From the NCBI GenBank assembly GCA_041690395.1, contig JAWLHJ010000002.1, positions 388,707 to 452,706 on the forward strand: a stretch of DNA of 64,000 nucleotides. Reading direction: 5' to 3'. Each line of letters begins with the position of its first letter. Position 1 is the stretch's first letter. The stretch comes from Longimicrobiales bacterium (GTDB lineage Bacteria; Gemmatimonadota; Gemmatimonadetes; Longimicrobiales; Gaopeijiaceae). Positions 47,973-58,174 of this stretch are shown piece by piece. The notes below the pieces were generated by a model, which saw only the letters and a list, made by a program, of their open reading frames with translations, did not search any database and was not told where the DNA came from. A program made the translations under genes and the position numbers.

Positions 47973-49160
47973 CTACCGCTCCGGAGGAGCGCCCGCGTAC
48001 CCGGTGAGCTCGACGTATCCGAGCCCGGCGGTGTCTTCCCCTCCCGGCCCGGTGCCCCGCACGCGGACCGAACCCTCCCAATAGCGGAACGCCAGATCGA
48101 GCTCCTGGTCGCGCAGGACGGGCTCGATCAGGAGATCCACGCCACGGTCGGGAGCGCGCAGTCGCCACCCGGACGGGTAGACCGTCCCGTCGATGGGCGA
48201 GGTCCATTGGTCGGTGACCTCCAGCTCGAGGTCTTCCCCCCACTCGAGTGGCACCTTGCGGCCCTCCGGGTCGATGAGCACCCCGTCGCTCAGCGGATCG
48301 GCCGAGCCGTCCGCGAGCCGGAGCTGGTAGACCATCACCTCCCAGTCGTCGTCCAACTGGAGGGAGAACCAGTCCCACCCGACCTGGTCCCCGGAGAGCG
48401 CCGAGGTGCTCCACTCGCGATCCATCCAGGCCAGGCCCGACACGTCGAGCGTGTCGACTCCGACCACGACCGTGCCCGATGCCGGCAGGCGGGTGTGCGC
48501 GTAGTAGTACGACGCGTTTCCGGGCTCGGGCCCCTTCTGGCTGAGTCCCCGGTCTCCCTGGAGCACCACGGGCTTCCCCTGGTCCAGCCGCAAACGGAGG
48601 GCGACGTCGCCCGCGGCCGCGGAGAGCCGGAGCGGGAAGCCCTCGCCGGACGGGGCGCCGCGAAGCTCCCAGTCTTCGACCCAGACCCGAAAGGTGGAGT
48701 CCGCCTCCGGCCCCACCGCGCCGGCCAGCCCCCCCGCTCCGCGCGCGAACCGCTCGAAGTCCCGGAAGCGCCCGTCCGAAACGTCGGTGAGCGTGAAGTG
48801 CCCCATGTACGCCTGGTTCGTCGCCCAGGCGGAGGCGAGCTCGGGCGGCGTGGGCGCCAGCGCGCTCCGGAAGATCGTGAACTGGAATCCGAAGGCCCGC
48901 CCGTCCTGCGCCGCCAGGTTGCCCGTGACGTACCACCACTCCGTGCGGAAGGACGGATGCGGGCCGTGATCCTCCGGAAACGAGAACGGCCTCACCGCCA
49001 TGGCCCTCGCGTACCCCGCCGTGTCGGCGCCGGCCAGCGTCTCCGAGAGGGAGAGACGGGCACGGGCCGTCCCGTCCGGGGAGCTGCCGTCGCACCCCGC
49101 ACCAACCGCCGCGAGCCCAGTGGCTGCAGCCAGCAGGAAGACTTCGCGCGCGCGCATCAT
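47973..49160 (-). CDS. AttH-like lipocalin/hydratase-family lipoprotein
   Basis: FPEDHGPHPSFRTEWWYVTGNL, WMDREWS, GWDWFSLQL, YWEG, GYVELTGY. Confidence 0.9.
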   Translation of the reverse strand: MMRAREVFLLAAATGLAAVGAGCDGSSPDGTARARLSLSETLAGADTAGYARAMAVRPFSFPEDHGPHPSFRTEWWYVTGNLAAQDGRAFGFQFTIFRSALAPTPPELASAWATNQAYMGHFTLTDVSDGRFRDFERFARGAGGLAGAVGPEADSTFRVWVEDWELRGAPSGEGFPLRLSAAAGDVALRLRLDQGKPVVLQGDRGLSQKGPEPGNASYYYAHTRLPASGTVVVGVDTLDVSGLAWMDREWSTSALSGDQVGWDWFSLQLDDDWEVMVYQLRLADGSADPLSDGVLIDPEGRKVPLEWGEDLELEVTDQWTSPIDGTVYPSGWRLRAPDRGVDLLIEPVLRDQELDLAFRYWEGSVRVRGTGPGGEDTAGLGYVELTGYAGAPPER

Positions 49161-51703
49161 TCGCCCCTCAACGCCAACGCAGGTGACGAGCGCGCCATGC
49201 GCCAGGCCGGGTAGACACCGGCGACGAGCGCGCCGGCGAGAGCCAGCACCACGCCCTGGGCGAGGATCTCGGGCCCGACCTCCATGCGGAGGGTCCAGCC
49301 GAACGAACGCTTGTTGACCACGAAGATCATCACCCATGAGAGCACCAGTCCGACCGGGACCGCGAGGACGCCGGACACCAGCCCCAGGATCCCGGTCTGC
49401 CCCACGACGAGCCCCCGCACCTGGCCTGGAGTGAGCCCCACGGCCCGGAGCACGCCGAACTCGCGGGCCCGCTCGAGCTCCAGGGCCATCAGCGCGCTGA
49501 GGACACCGACGAACGCGACGATGAACGCGAGCAGGCGAAGAACGCCGGTCACCCGGAACGTCCGATCGAACACGTCGAGTGAAGCCTCGCGGAGCGCCCG
49601 GTTGGTGCGGGCCACGACCGATCGGCCCTCCGGAACGCGGAGCAGAAGCTCGCCCACGACGGAGCCCTCGTCCGTGCCCGGCCGCAGGAACAGCGCGAGC
49701 GACGTGACCCCAGGATCGTCGTAGAAGCGGTCGTAGACCGGGCGCGCCATCATGACCGTGCCCTGCTCCGAGCCGTAGTCGTGGAAGACGCCGGCGACCG
49801 GGAGCTCACGGGGCCCCGACGGGGTCGAGAGCCGCACCGGATCGCCGATCTCCAGCCCCCTCCTGAACGCGAACGGCTCCGACACGATGACCCCCTCACC
49901 GGCCCCGAACGCCGACATGGCCTCTTCCGGGGACCCGGACACGAAGTCGAACGCCTCCTCGCCCCGGGGATCGAGATCCAGGGCGACCAGCCGGTACAGG
50001 CCGTCCTCGGCCACGACGTCGATTCCTCGGTACGTGCTGTGCCCGACGACCGCGGGGTGCGCGACGAACGCCTCGAGCAGACCGGGAGGGAGGGTGCCCG
50101 ACGCCCGGGAGCTCTGGGGTCCGGGGAGCGACACGTAGACGTCGGCCTGAAGCGTGCCGTCGAGCCACCGGATCAGGGTGCCGCGGAAGCTGTCGATCAT
50201 CACGCCGAGCCCGACCGTGACCGAGACCGCGACCACCAGCGCGGCCACGGCGGGCGCCGTCCGACTGAGCGCGGTCACGACGCCCCGCGCCGCCATGGCA
50301 CCGAGCACGCCGGCGACACGCTGGAGGGCCGGGGCGAGCCCCCGCACCATGAGCACCGTGGCCGCCGGAGTCAGCGCGGCCATCCCCAGGATGACGAGGA
50401 AGAGCGCACCGAAGCTGAGCGCGAGGCTCCGCGACGGGATCGCCATCAGCGCGGCCCCGGTGGCGAGCATGGCGGCGCCCCAGCGAGCGGCGAGCGGAAC
50501 CGTGCGCCGCGCGCGCTCCTCCGAGCTCGACCGGAGCGTGGCGAGGCGCGGCGAGACGGACGCCGCCTCGAGGGCCGGTGCGGCGGACGCGAGCAACGTG
50601 GCGCCGATGCCCAGCGCGAGGCCCTTCGCGAGCACGACCGGGTCGACGGCGACCCCCTCCACCGACACGGTGAAGTAGAGGTCGTTGATGGTGCGGGTCA
50701 CCAGGCGCACCAACCCACGCCCCAGCACCACGCCGATGCCGACCCCCAACACCGCGCCGACGGAGCCGATCCAGAGGGCTTCGCGCAGGATCATCCGGAC
50801 GATCTCGCGCCGACCCACGCCGAGGGCCCGGAGACGGCCGAGCAGGGCGTGGCGCTGGACCACCGAGAAAGTCATCGCATTGTAGATCAGGAACATCCCG
50901 AAGATCAGCGCGAGCAGGCTGAGTGCCGTGAGGTTCAGGTCGAACGCGGCGATCATGCCGCTCATCGTGTCGGTGCGGGTCCCGGCCGGCTCGAGGCGCG
51001 AGCCGTCGGGGAGCGCGGCCTCGACCCGGCGCGCCAGCACCGCTCCCGCGTCGCCATCCGGGAGGCGCAGGTCGATGCGGCTCAGACGACCGGCCTCGCC
51101 CGTCATGTCCTGGACGCTCGCCAGGTCCATGAGCAGGACGTCCGAGAGGCCGATGCGCGCGAGCCGGTCCTCGGGGGCGAGCGTGCCCGCGACGACGAGG
51201 GCGAAGCTCCGCCCGTCGAGCTCGAACGGGAGCGTGTCTCCGATGGCGACGCCGGCCAGGCTCGCCGTCTCCGAGGAGAGGACGACCGCGTAGGGCGTGG
51301 TCATGAAGTCCGAGACCTCGAGGTCGGCTGCGGAGCCGGCCACGTAGGGGCGGAACGGGCCTTCCGAGAGGGGGTCGACACCGAGCGCGGTGAGGGCCCG
51401 CCCCGGCATCCGCGGAGACGAGCCCACCGCCTCCACCACGGGCGCCGCGTCCCGAACGCCCAGCTCGATCCTCAGGGTGGCCACGAGCATCTCGTCCACG
51501 GTGCCGACGTCGCTGACGACCTGGTGGGTCGCGCGTCCCGAGACCGTCTCCGACGACACCCGGAAACCCGTCCGGGCGCTCTGGATGGACAGGTCGATGG
51601 CCACGACGACACCAACGCCGAGCGCCACCCCCAGCACGGAGAGGACGAGCTGGGTGCGGTGCCCCACCAAGTGGCGGAAGCTGGAGCGGGTGAGGAGCCT
51701 CAC
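49157..51703 (-). CDS. FtsX-like ABC permease (AttF/G-like)
   Basis: Two FtsX repeats; LSVLGVALGV, SVVQR, LRAVG. Confidence 0.9.
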   Translation of the reverse strand: MRLLTRSSFRHLVGHRTQLVLSVLGVALGVGVVVAIDLSIQSARTGFRVSSETVSGRATHQVVSDVGTVDEMLVATLRIELGVRDAAPVVEAVGSSPRMPGRALTALGVDPLSEGPFRPYVAGSAADLEVSDFMTTPYAVVLSSETASLAGVAIGDTLPFELDGRSFALVVAGTLAPEDRLARIGLSDVLLMDLASVQDMTGEAGRLSRIDLRLPDGDAGAVLARRVEAALPDGSRLEPAGTRTDTMSGMIAAFDLNLTALSLLALIFGMFLIYNAMTFSVVQRHALLGRLRALGVGRREIVRMILREALWIGSVGAVLGVGIGVVLGRGLVRLVTRTINDLYFTVSVEGVAVDPVVLAKGLALGIGATLLASAAPALEAASVSPRLATLRSSSEERARRTVPLAARWGAAMLATGAALMAIPSRSLALSFGALFLVILGMAALTPAATVLMVRGLAPALQRVAGVLGAMAARGVVTALSRTAPAVAALVVAVSVTVGLGVMIDSFRGTLIRWLDGTLQADVYVSLPGPQSSRASGTLPPGLLEAFVAHPAVVGHSTYRGIDVVAEDGLYRLVALDLDPRGEEAFDFVSGSPEEAMSAFGAGEGVIVSEPFAFRRGLEIGDPVRLSTPSGPRELPVAGVFHDYGSEQGTVMMARPVYDRFYDDPGVTSLALFLRPGTDEGSVVGELLLRVPEGRSVVARTNRALREASLDVFDRTFRVTGVLRLLAFIVAFVGVLSALMALELERAREFGVLRAVGLTPGQVRGLVVGQTGILGLVSGVLAVPVGLVLSWVMIFVVNKRSFGWTLRMEVGPEILAQGVVLALAGALVAGVYPAWRMARSSPALALRGE

Positions 51704-52386
51704 GACGCGTCCGGCGTCACCTGTCCATGACGGACGCGGAGGATCCGGTCCATGCGTCCCGCCAGATCGGACGAATGGGTCACCACCACCAACGTGAGCC
51801 CGTCCTTCTCGACGAGCTCGTCGAGAAGGGCGACGACTCGCTCCCCCGTCTCCTCGTCCAGATTGCCCGTCGGCTCGTCGGCGAGCACGACCCGCGGCCG
51901 GTGCACGATGGCCCGTGCGACCGCGACGCGCTGTTGCTCCCCGCCCGACAGCCGGTCCGGATAGGCGGAGGCGCGCTCCGCGAGCCCCACGGCGTCGAGG
52001 AGCCCCAGGGCCCGGTCCCGGCCGGCCGCGTCTCCCGAGCCCGTGAGCTCCAGGGGGAGCAGCAGGTTCTCCAGGACCGTGAGCGTCGGGATCAGGTTGA
52101 AGAACTGGAACACGAAGCCCAGGCGCTCACGCCGGAACAGCGTCCTACGCCGTTCGGACAGGGCCGTGAGGTCGGTGCCCCCGACCCGGACGGTGCCGGC
52201 GTCGGGAAGGTCGATTCCGCTGATGAGGTTGAGGAGCGTCGACTTTCCGGAGCCCGAGGGTCCCAGCACGGCGACGCGCTCGGCCTCCCGCACGGACACA
52301 TCGACTCCGTCGAGGACGACGTGGTCGACGTCCCCCTCCCGGTACCCCTTCCGAACGTCCCGCAGCTCGATGGCCGGCCCTGCCAT
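51700..52386 (-). CDS. ABC transporter ATP-binding protein (LolD/AttE-like)
   Basis: GPSGSGKST, LSGGEQQRVA, ADEPTGNLD. Confidence 0.94.
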   Translation of the reverse strand: MAGPAIELRDVRKGYREGDVDHVVLDGVDVSVREAERVAVLGPSGSGKSTLLNLISGIDLPDAGTVRVGGTDLTALSERRRTLFRRERLGFVFQFFNLIPTLTVLENLLLPLELTGSGDAAGRDRALGLLDAVGLAERASAYPDRLSGGEQQRVAVARAIVHRPRVVLADEPTGNLDEETGERVVALLDELVEKDGLTLVVVTHSSDLAGRMDRILRVRHGQVTPDAS

Positions 52387-52427
52387 GGATCTCCTATGGA
52401 GAGAGCTTCCCTGGGCCGGGCCGCCGG

Positions 52428-52913
52428 TCAGCGCCCTCCGCCCTCCAGCTGCTGAGGCAGCGTGAGAAGCTTCTTCACTCGATACTGCCGATTACCCGCG
52501 GGCAGACGGATGGTGACCTCCTCGCCCTCCCCGGCGCCCAGCAGCCCCTGGCCGATGGGCGACGCGAGCGACACCTGGCCGGCGTCGAGGTCGATGAAGT
52601 CACCCGCCGTGATGGTGAAGTCGTACTCTTCGTCCCCGTCGAGGTCGTGGACCGTCACGCGGGAGCCGAATCCGACCTTGTCGTAGGCCATGTCCGAGAC
52701 GTCGATCTTCGAGAGCTCGGACATGCGCGACGTGAGGTGGTTCAGGCGCGCCTCCACGAATGACTGGCGCTCCTTGGCCGACTTGTACTCCGAGTTCTCC
52801 CGAAGATCCCCGTGCTCCATCGCGATCTTGATCCGCTCCGGCAACTCCACCTGGAGCTCGTGGGTCAGACGCGTGATCTCTTGTTCGATCTTTTCCCGGA
52901 TCTGTTCCAACAT
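52428..52913 (-). CDS. greA: Transcription elongation factor GreA
   Basis: HGDLRENSEYKSAKERQ, SLASPIGQGLLG. Confidence 0.93.
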   Translation of the reverse strand: MLEQIREKIEQEITRLTHELQVELPERIKIAMEHGDLRENSEYKSAKERQSFVEARLNHLTSRMSELSKIDVSDMAYDKVGFGSRVTVHDLDGDEEYDFTITAGDFIDLDAGQVSLASPIGQGLLGAGEGEEVTIRLPAGNRQYRVKKLLTLPQQLEGGGR

Positions 52914-52932
52914 GGAGCACCTCGTGTCTCGG

Positions 52933-52972
52933 AAAGCAAGCCGCCGTCCCGGACTCGGGGCCGGGGCGGCGG
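52933..52972 (-). terminator. Terminator-like hairpin in the greA leader
   Basis: Minus strand CCGCCGCCCCGG-loop-CCGGGACGGCGG (11 of 12 pairs), then CTTGCTTT, about 20 nt before the greA ATG. Confidence 0.55.
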
Positions 52973-53101
52973 TGATCTTGAAGGATATGAACGCGGACGC
53001 CGGGACGGAAGCGCTGCCCCGGCGTACGCGGCGCTGGCCGCGACCGCCCTTACGGATACATTTTGCATCCGTGATCGATCCGTGACCGATGGAGCCCCCC
53101 C

Positions 53102-54607
53102 TTGATCCTCCCCCACGACCCGAAGCGCAACCACGACGACTCCGTCGCCTGGACGCCGTTCGATCCGGGCGACGCGCCGGAGCTCCCGGCCTCCGTGGAC
53201 GGGGCGGGACGCGTTGTGGCGGTCATCGCATCGGTCGAGTTGGTGGGCGTCGGTTGGGCCGTATCCGTGGCTACCGAGCTCGCCCGGGTCTGGGCCGGGC
53301 GACGACCGGGCGTCGTCCTCGTGGATACCGACCTCGCGAGGCCGCGCCTCCACCACGCGGTGCGCGTGGACAACGCCGTGGGCCTGGCGGAGGTGCTCAG
53401 GGGAGAGGCCCCGGTGGCCAGCGCGACCCGCGTGGTGGACGAGGACCGCCTCTTCTGCGTTCCCGCCGGGAACGCTCCGGAAGACCCCGGCCAGGGCTTC
53501 GATCCCGCCCGCTGGTCGAGGCTCTGTGATGCCTTCTCGGAAGCCGGGGTCACCGTGGTGGCCTACGTCCCGGCGAACGCGACGTGGATCGGGGACGTGC
53601 TCGAAACCGCGACCGACGTCATCGAGCTGACAGAGCAGCACCGCTCGCTCGACTGGCCGCGGGAGGGTGCTCCCCCGGTTCGCGCGGTGCTCGGACCGAT
53701 GCCCCTGGTCCGCCCCCCCTCTGACCCGACCGGGAGGGAGCGGACCGGTTCCGCCCCTCTCCTCGGATTCGACGTGGACAATGGTGAGGAGGACGGCGAG
53801 GACGGTGGCGAGGAGCTCTCCGTCGAGAAGCACGAGCGAAGCGACCGGAGCACCGTCTCGGCCGGTGGAGCCACTGTGGGCGACGTCTCGGTGGACGACG
53901 TCCTCTCGCGTGCCGGGAGCGCGGAGGGCAAGACGGGTTCCCGCACCGCCATCACGGTCGTCGCCCTCATCCTGGTTCTGGCGCTCGGCGCCTGGGCCGC
54001 GATCCGGCTCGGCAGCGGGACGCCGCCGTCCTCTGCCGAGGCGGCCGGTTTTTCCGGGAGTGCCGCGCGCGCGACGGCCGTCCCGGCCACGGTCCCGCCG
54101 CGGCCCGTGCCGCCGAATGCCGACTTCTCGGTCGCCGTGGCCTCGTACGCCGACGCCGACCGGGCCGAGGAGCGCCGCGCGCGGCTCGCCGGGCTCGTGC
54201 CCGCGCTCCCGTGGTTCGTCGCGCCGGTCCAGATCGACGGAGTCGCCTACCACCGCGTGATGGGCGGGCTCGTGGCCGATTCCGCGGCCGCCCTGGCGTT
54301 GGGCGCGGAGCTGGCCCGGGAGGGCCGAGGCGGGATCGGACAGTGGATCGCGCGGCCGACCGGATGGGTGCTCGACTTCGGCGAGCACGCGGAGCTACCG
54401 GCGGCGGAGCGGGAAGTGGAGCGGATCCGGGACCAGGGGATCCCGGCCCAGCTCGCCGAGGTCCGTTTCACCGACCAGACCGTCCGGTACCGGATCTACG
54501 CCGGCGGATACCGTGACGCGGCCGAGGCGTCGTACCTGGCGGGCGTCGCGGAAGCGGAAGGCCTCGATGTGCGGCCCGCGCGTCGCATGGGGCGGCCCCC
54601 GGGCTGA
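53102..54607 (+). CDS. Membrane protein with N-terminal MinD/BY-kinase-like region and C-terminal SPOR-like domains
   Basis: VLVDTDLARPRLH...GLAEVLRG; acidic linker; one TM; FSVAVASY...YHRVMGG and YRIYAGGY SPOR-like repeats. Confidence 0.65.
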   Translation: MILPHDPKRNHDDSVAWTPFDPGDAPELPASVDGAGRVVAVIASVELVGVGWAVSVATELARVWAGRRPGVVLVDTDLARPRLHHAVRVDNAVGLAEVLRGEAPVASATRVVDEDRLFCVPAGNAPEDPGQGFDPARWSRLCDAFSEAGVTVVAYVPANATWIGDVLETATDVIELTEQHRSLDWPREGAPPVRAVLGPMPLVRPPSDPTGRERTGSAPLLGFDVDNGEEDGEDGGEELSVEKHERSDRSTVSAGGATVGDVSVDDVLSRAGSAEGKTGSRTAITVVALILVLALGAWAAIRLGSGTPPSSAEAAGFSGSAARATAVPATVPPRPVPPNADFSVAVASYADADRAEERRARLAGLVPALPWFVAPVQIDGVAYHRVMGGLVADSAAALALGAELAREGRGGIGQWIARPTGWVLDFGEHAELPAAEREVERIRDQGIPAQLAEVRFTDQTVRYRIYAGGYRDAAEASYLAGVAEAEGLDVRPARRMGRPPG

Positions 54608-54660
54608 GCGCGCCGGGGAGATCGCGGCGAGCTCGGCGGAAGTCCCGAGGGGTCCTGCCC

Positions 54661-56211
54661 TCACCCCTTCCGGAAGTAGATGTGCCGCCGCCACCGATCG
54701 TCCGGAACGGGATGATCGGCGCGGAAGTGGGCGCCCCTGGACTCCTCCCGCAGGAGCGCGGCCTCGGTCGCCAGTCGCGCGCAGGTGAGGAGCGCGCCGA
54801 CTTCGTATCCTTCACGGCTCCTTGCGTCTCCCGTGCCCGCGGACCAGCTCCGGAGCCTCGCCGACGCCCGCTCGAGCCCCTCGCCGGTCCTCACGATCCC
54901 CACGTCGCGCCACATGAGATCACGCACGCCCTGACGGGTCGGCGGAACGTCGGGAGCTTCTCCGACCGGGAGCGCACGTGCGTCCGGATGCGGCTCGGGG
55001 GGTGCGGGCGTCGGGCTCGGCGGATCGACCAGCCGCTGCACCGCCCGATGGGCGAACACGACCGTCTCGAGCAGCGAGTTCGACGCGAGTCGATTGGCGC
55101 CGTGGACCCCTGTGCAGGCGACCTCACCGACGGCGAAAAGCCCCGGCACCGTCGTCTCCCCCCACGTGTTGGTCCGCACGCCGCCCATGGAGTAGTGCGC
55201 GGCCGGTGACACCGGAATGCGGTCCCTGGCCATATCGAGCCCGGCCTCGAGGCACGTGGCGTAGATCTTCGGGAAGCGCGCGGCGAGCCACGCCGCGTCG
55301 CGGGAGGTCGCGTCGAGCAGCACGTGGTCGCTGTCCGTCTCGAGCATCTCGCGCAGGGCGGCGCGCGCCACGATGTCCCGGCCTGCGAGCTCGGCCCGCT
55401 CGGCGTCGTACCGTGGCATGAAGCGCTCCCCCCGGACGTTGTAGAGCAGCGCCCCCTCGCCCCGCACGGCCTCCGAGATGAGGAAGACCGGCTTGTTCGG
55501 CAGGACCAGCGCCGTGGGGTGGAACTGGGTGAACTCCATATCCATCACGTCCGCCCCCGCCTCGTAGGCGAGCGCGACCCCGTCACCGGTCGAGACCGGG
55601 GGGTTCGTCGTGGTCCGGTACATACGCCCCGCCCCACCGGTCGCGAGCACGACCACCGGGGCCTGGTACACCCGATGGACACCCTCCCGATGGAAGAACA
55701 CCTCCACGCCCGTGACGCGGCCTCCTTCCGTCATGATCCGGCTGGCCAGAGCGTGCTCCAGCACGGTGCCCCGGTCGCGCGCGAGACTCGACAGGGAGAT
55801 CTCGATCTCGAGACCGGTCGCGTCTCCACGCGCATGGAGGATGCGCGCCTTCGAGTGGGCGGCCTCCCGTCCGAGCGCCACCTCGCCGTCGCTGGTGTCG
55901 AAGCGGACGCCGTAGCGGACGAGATCGGCCACCCTGTCGGACGCCTCGTAGCACAGGATGCGGGCGGCTTCCTCATCCACGAGGCCCGCTCCCGCCTCCA
56001 GGGTGTCCCGTAGGTGGAGCGCAGGATCGTCTCCCGGGCCGACGGCGGCGGCGATGCCGCCCTGAGCGTAGCGCGTGGAAGCCTCCGCGATCCCGCTCTT
56101 CGTGACCACGAGGACGCGCCCGGGTGCCTCGAGCGCGGCGTAGAGACCGGCGATCCCCGAGCCGACGACGATCAGGTCGTAGGCGTCGCCGTCGGCGGCC
56201 GGGTCGCTCAA
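54661..56211 (-). CDS. nadB: L-aspartate oxidase
   Basis: VVGSGIAGL, STRYAQGGIAA, QFHPT, LISEAVRGEG, HGANRLASNSLLE; TTG start overlaps the tyrS stop. Confidence 0.95.
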   Translation of the reverse strand: MSDPAADGDAYDLIVVGSGIAGLYAALEAPGRVLVVTKSGIAEASTRYAQGGIAAAVGPGDDPALHLRDTLEAGAGLVDEEAARILCYEASDRVADLVRYGVRFDTSDGEVALGREAAHSKARILHARGDATGLEIEISLSSLARDRGTVLEHALASRIMTEGGRVTGVEVFFHREGVHRVYQAPVVVLATGGAGRMYRTTTNPPVSTGDGVALAYEAGADVMDMEFTQFHPTALVLPNKPVFLISEAVRGEGALLYNVRGERFMPRYDAERAELAGRDIVARAALREMLETDSDHVLLDATSRDAAWLAARFPKIYATCLEAGLDMARDRIPVSPAAHYSMGGVRTNTWGETTVPGLFAVGEVACTGVHGANRLASNSLLETVVFAHRAVQRLVDPPSPTPAPPEPHPDARALPVGEAPDVPPTRQGVRDLMWRDVGIVRTGEGLERASARLRSWSAGTGDARSREGYEVGALLTCARLATEAALLREESRGAHFRADHPVPDDRWRRHIYFRKG

Positions 56212-57485
56212 CCCTGGATCTCGACCAGGTGGTAGCTCCGCTTCCCCTTCCGGATCACGAGGTAGCGCCCGTCGAGCGCCTGCTCGACGGCTACCACGTC
56301 GTCGACCGAGCCGATCCGGTCGTTGTTGAGGTACATCCCCCCGCCCTCGATCGCCCGTCGGGCATCCCCCCTGGACGTCGCCACGCCGGTCTCGACCAAC
56401 AGGTCGACGACGGGCATACCACCCGAGAACGCCTCCCGACCGATGCGGGTCGAGGGAACGTCGGCGAAGATCTCCTCGACCTCGCGCGATCCGAGCCCCT
56501 CGAGGCTCCCACCGAAGAGCGCGTCCGTCGCACGCCGGGCCGAGGCCAGCCCCGATGCCCCGTGCACGCGCTCCGTCACCTCGTCGGCGAGCGCCTTCTG
56601 GGCGACCCGACGATGCGGCTCGCGCTCCACCGCGTCTTCGAGCGCCGCGATCTCTTCGCGCTCCATGAGCGTGAAATACTTCAGGTACCGGACGACGTCG
56701 GCATCCTCGGTATTCACCCAGAACTGGTAGAACGCGTAGGGCGACGTCAGCTCCGGGTCGAGCCAGACGTTGCCGCCCTCCGACTTGCCGAACTTCGCGC
56801 CCGAGGCGTTCGTCACCAGCGGCATCACCGCGCCGAACACGCGCTCCCCATCGGCGCGCCGAACCAGGTCGATGCCCGCGGTGATGTTCCCCCACTGGTC
56901 GCTCCCTCCCATCTGGAGCGTGCACCCCTCGCGTCGGCGGAGCTCCAGGAAGTCGTAGGACTGGAGCAGCGCGTAGCTGAACTCGGTGTACGAGATGCCG
57001 GTCTCTTCGTTCTCGAGCCGGCGCTTCACGGACTCGCGGGCCATCATCTGGTTCACCGAGAAATGCTTGCCGACGTCCCGCAGGAACTCGACCAGCTTGA
57101 GCCCGCCCAGCCAGTCCAGGTTGTTTCGCATGCGCGCCGCGTTCGAGACGCCCTCGAAGTCGAGGAAGTGCTCGAGCTGAGCGCGTATACCGGCGGCGTT
57201 CTCCGCCGTCGCCTCGGCGGTGAGCAGCTGACGCTCCGCGGTCTTCCCGGATGGATCTCCGATGAGTCCGGTCCCCCCTCCGACCAGCGCGATGGGGGTA
57301 TGTCCCGCGCGCTGCAGGTGCACCAACCCCATGATCACGAGCAGGGATCCGACGTGGAGGCTGCGCGCCGTCGGATCGAATCCGATGTAACCGACCCTCG
57401 GAGCCTCCGCGAGGTGCTCTTCGACGCCGTGGGTGGCGTCCTGGAGAAGTCCGCGCCAACGAAGCTCTTCGAACAGGAGGGTCAT
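56208..57485 (-). CDS. tyrS: Tyrosine--tRNA ligase
   Basis: YIGFDPTARSLHVGS, QMGGSDQWGNI, KFGKS; C-terminal S4 domain. Confidence 0.98.
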   Translation of the reverse strand: MTLLFEELRWRGLLQDATHGVEEHLAEAPRVGYIGFDPTARSLHVGSLLVIMGLVHLQRAGHTPIALVGGGTGLIGDPSGKTAERQLLTAEATAENAAGIRAQLEHFLDFEGVSNAARMRNNLDWLGGLKLVEFLRDVGKHFSVNQMMARESVKRRLENEETGISYTEFSYALLQSYDFLELRRREGCTLQMGGSDQWGNITAGIDLVRRADGERVFGAVMPLVTNASGAKFGKSEGGNVWLDPELTSPYAFYQFWVNTEDADVVRYLKYFTLMEREEIAALEDAVEREPHRRVAQKALADEVTERVHGASGLASARRATDALFGGSLEGLGSREVEEIFADVPSTRIGREAFSGGMPVVDLLVETGVATSRGDARRAIEGGGMYLNNDRIGSVDDVVAVEQALDGRYLVIRKGKRSYHLVEIQG

Positions 57486-57551
57486 GGGGCCGGGGGCTGG
57501 GGTGGTCGCGACTCGGGTCCGAACGGTAGCGAGCGCCCGGGGCCGGTCAAG

Positions 57552-58064
57552 TCACGACGCCGCACGAAGGTGAGCCTCGTGGTGCACCGCATGCCATGCG
57601 TACTGCTCGAGCATGTAGTCCAGCGTCACGTCGCCGATCTCCGGATGCCGCAGCGTGCGCTCGAAGTCGGCAGGGGTCATCGCCTGGAGCAGCATGACCC
57701 ACCGGGCATGGATCGCTTCGAGCAGTTGGAGGGACGGCCAGACCGGGGCCGCGCGGGCATCCGACAGGCGGGCCCAAGCATCCTGGTCGTACGGGCGGAT
57801 CGTCGGATGGTCCTCGGTCAGCGCGAGGCGGAAGCGCACGTATGCGTTCAGGTGGGAGTCGGCGAGGTGGTGGGTGAGCTGGCGGAGGGTCCAGCCGCCC
57901 TCCCGGTACGGCACGTCGAGCCGCCCGTCGTGGAGCCCCTCCACGATCTCCCGAACCCGTCGCGGGTGGGCCTCGAGGGTCGAGATGCGTTCCTCACGCT
58001 CCACCTCGGTCAATGGGCGACCGACCGAAGCGAAGGGGCCGATTGGATACCTGGGGTCGCTCAT
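57552..58064 (-). CDS. YfiT/DinB family (bacillithiol transferase-like) protein
   Basis: DPRYPIG, YREGGWTLRQLTHHLADSH, YAWHAVHHEAH. Confidence 0.9.
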   Translation of the reverse strand: MSDPRYPIGPFASVGRPLTEVEREERISTLEAHPRRVREIVEGLHDGRLDVPYREGGWTLRQLTHHLADSHLNAYVRFRLALTEDHPTIRPYDQDAWARLSDARAAPVWPSLQLLEAIHARWVMLLQAMTPADFERTLRHPEIGDVTLDYMLEQYAWHAVHHEAHLRAAS

Positions 58065-58174
58065 GCTGGTTGGACTCCATGCATGGGTTCCATTGATGTC
58101 AGGCTGTCGAGAGATCGATCCGGGCGTTATTCATACGAGTGCGTCTCGGTTCCACCCAGCACCCCCGATCCAAG

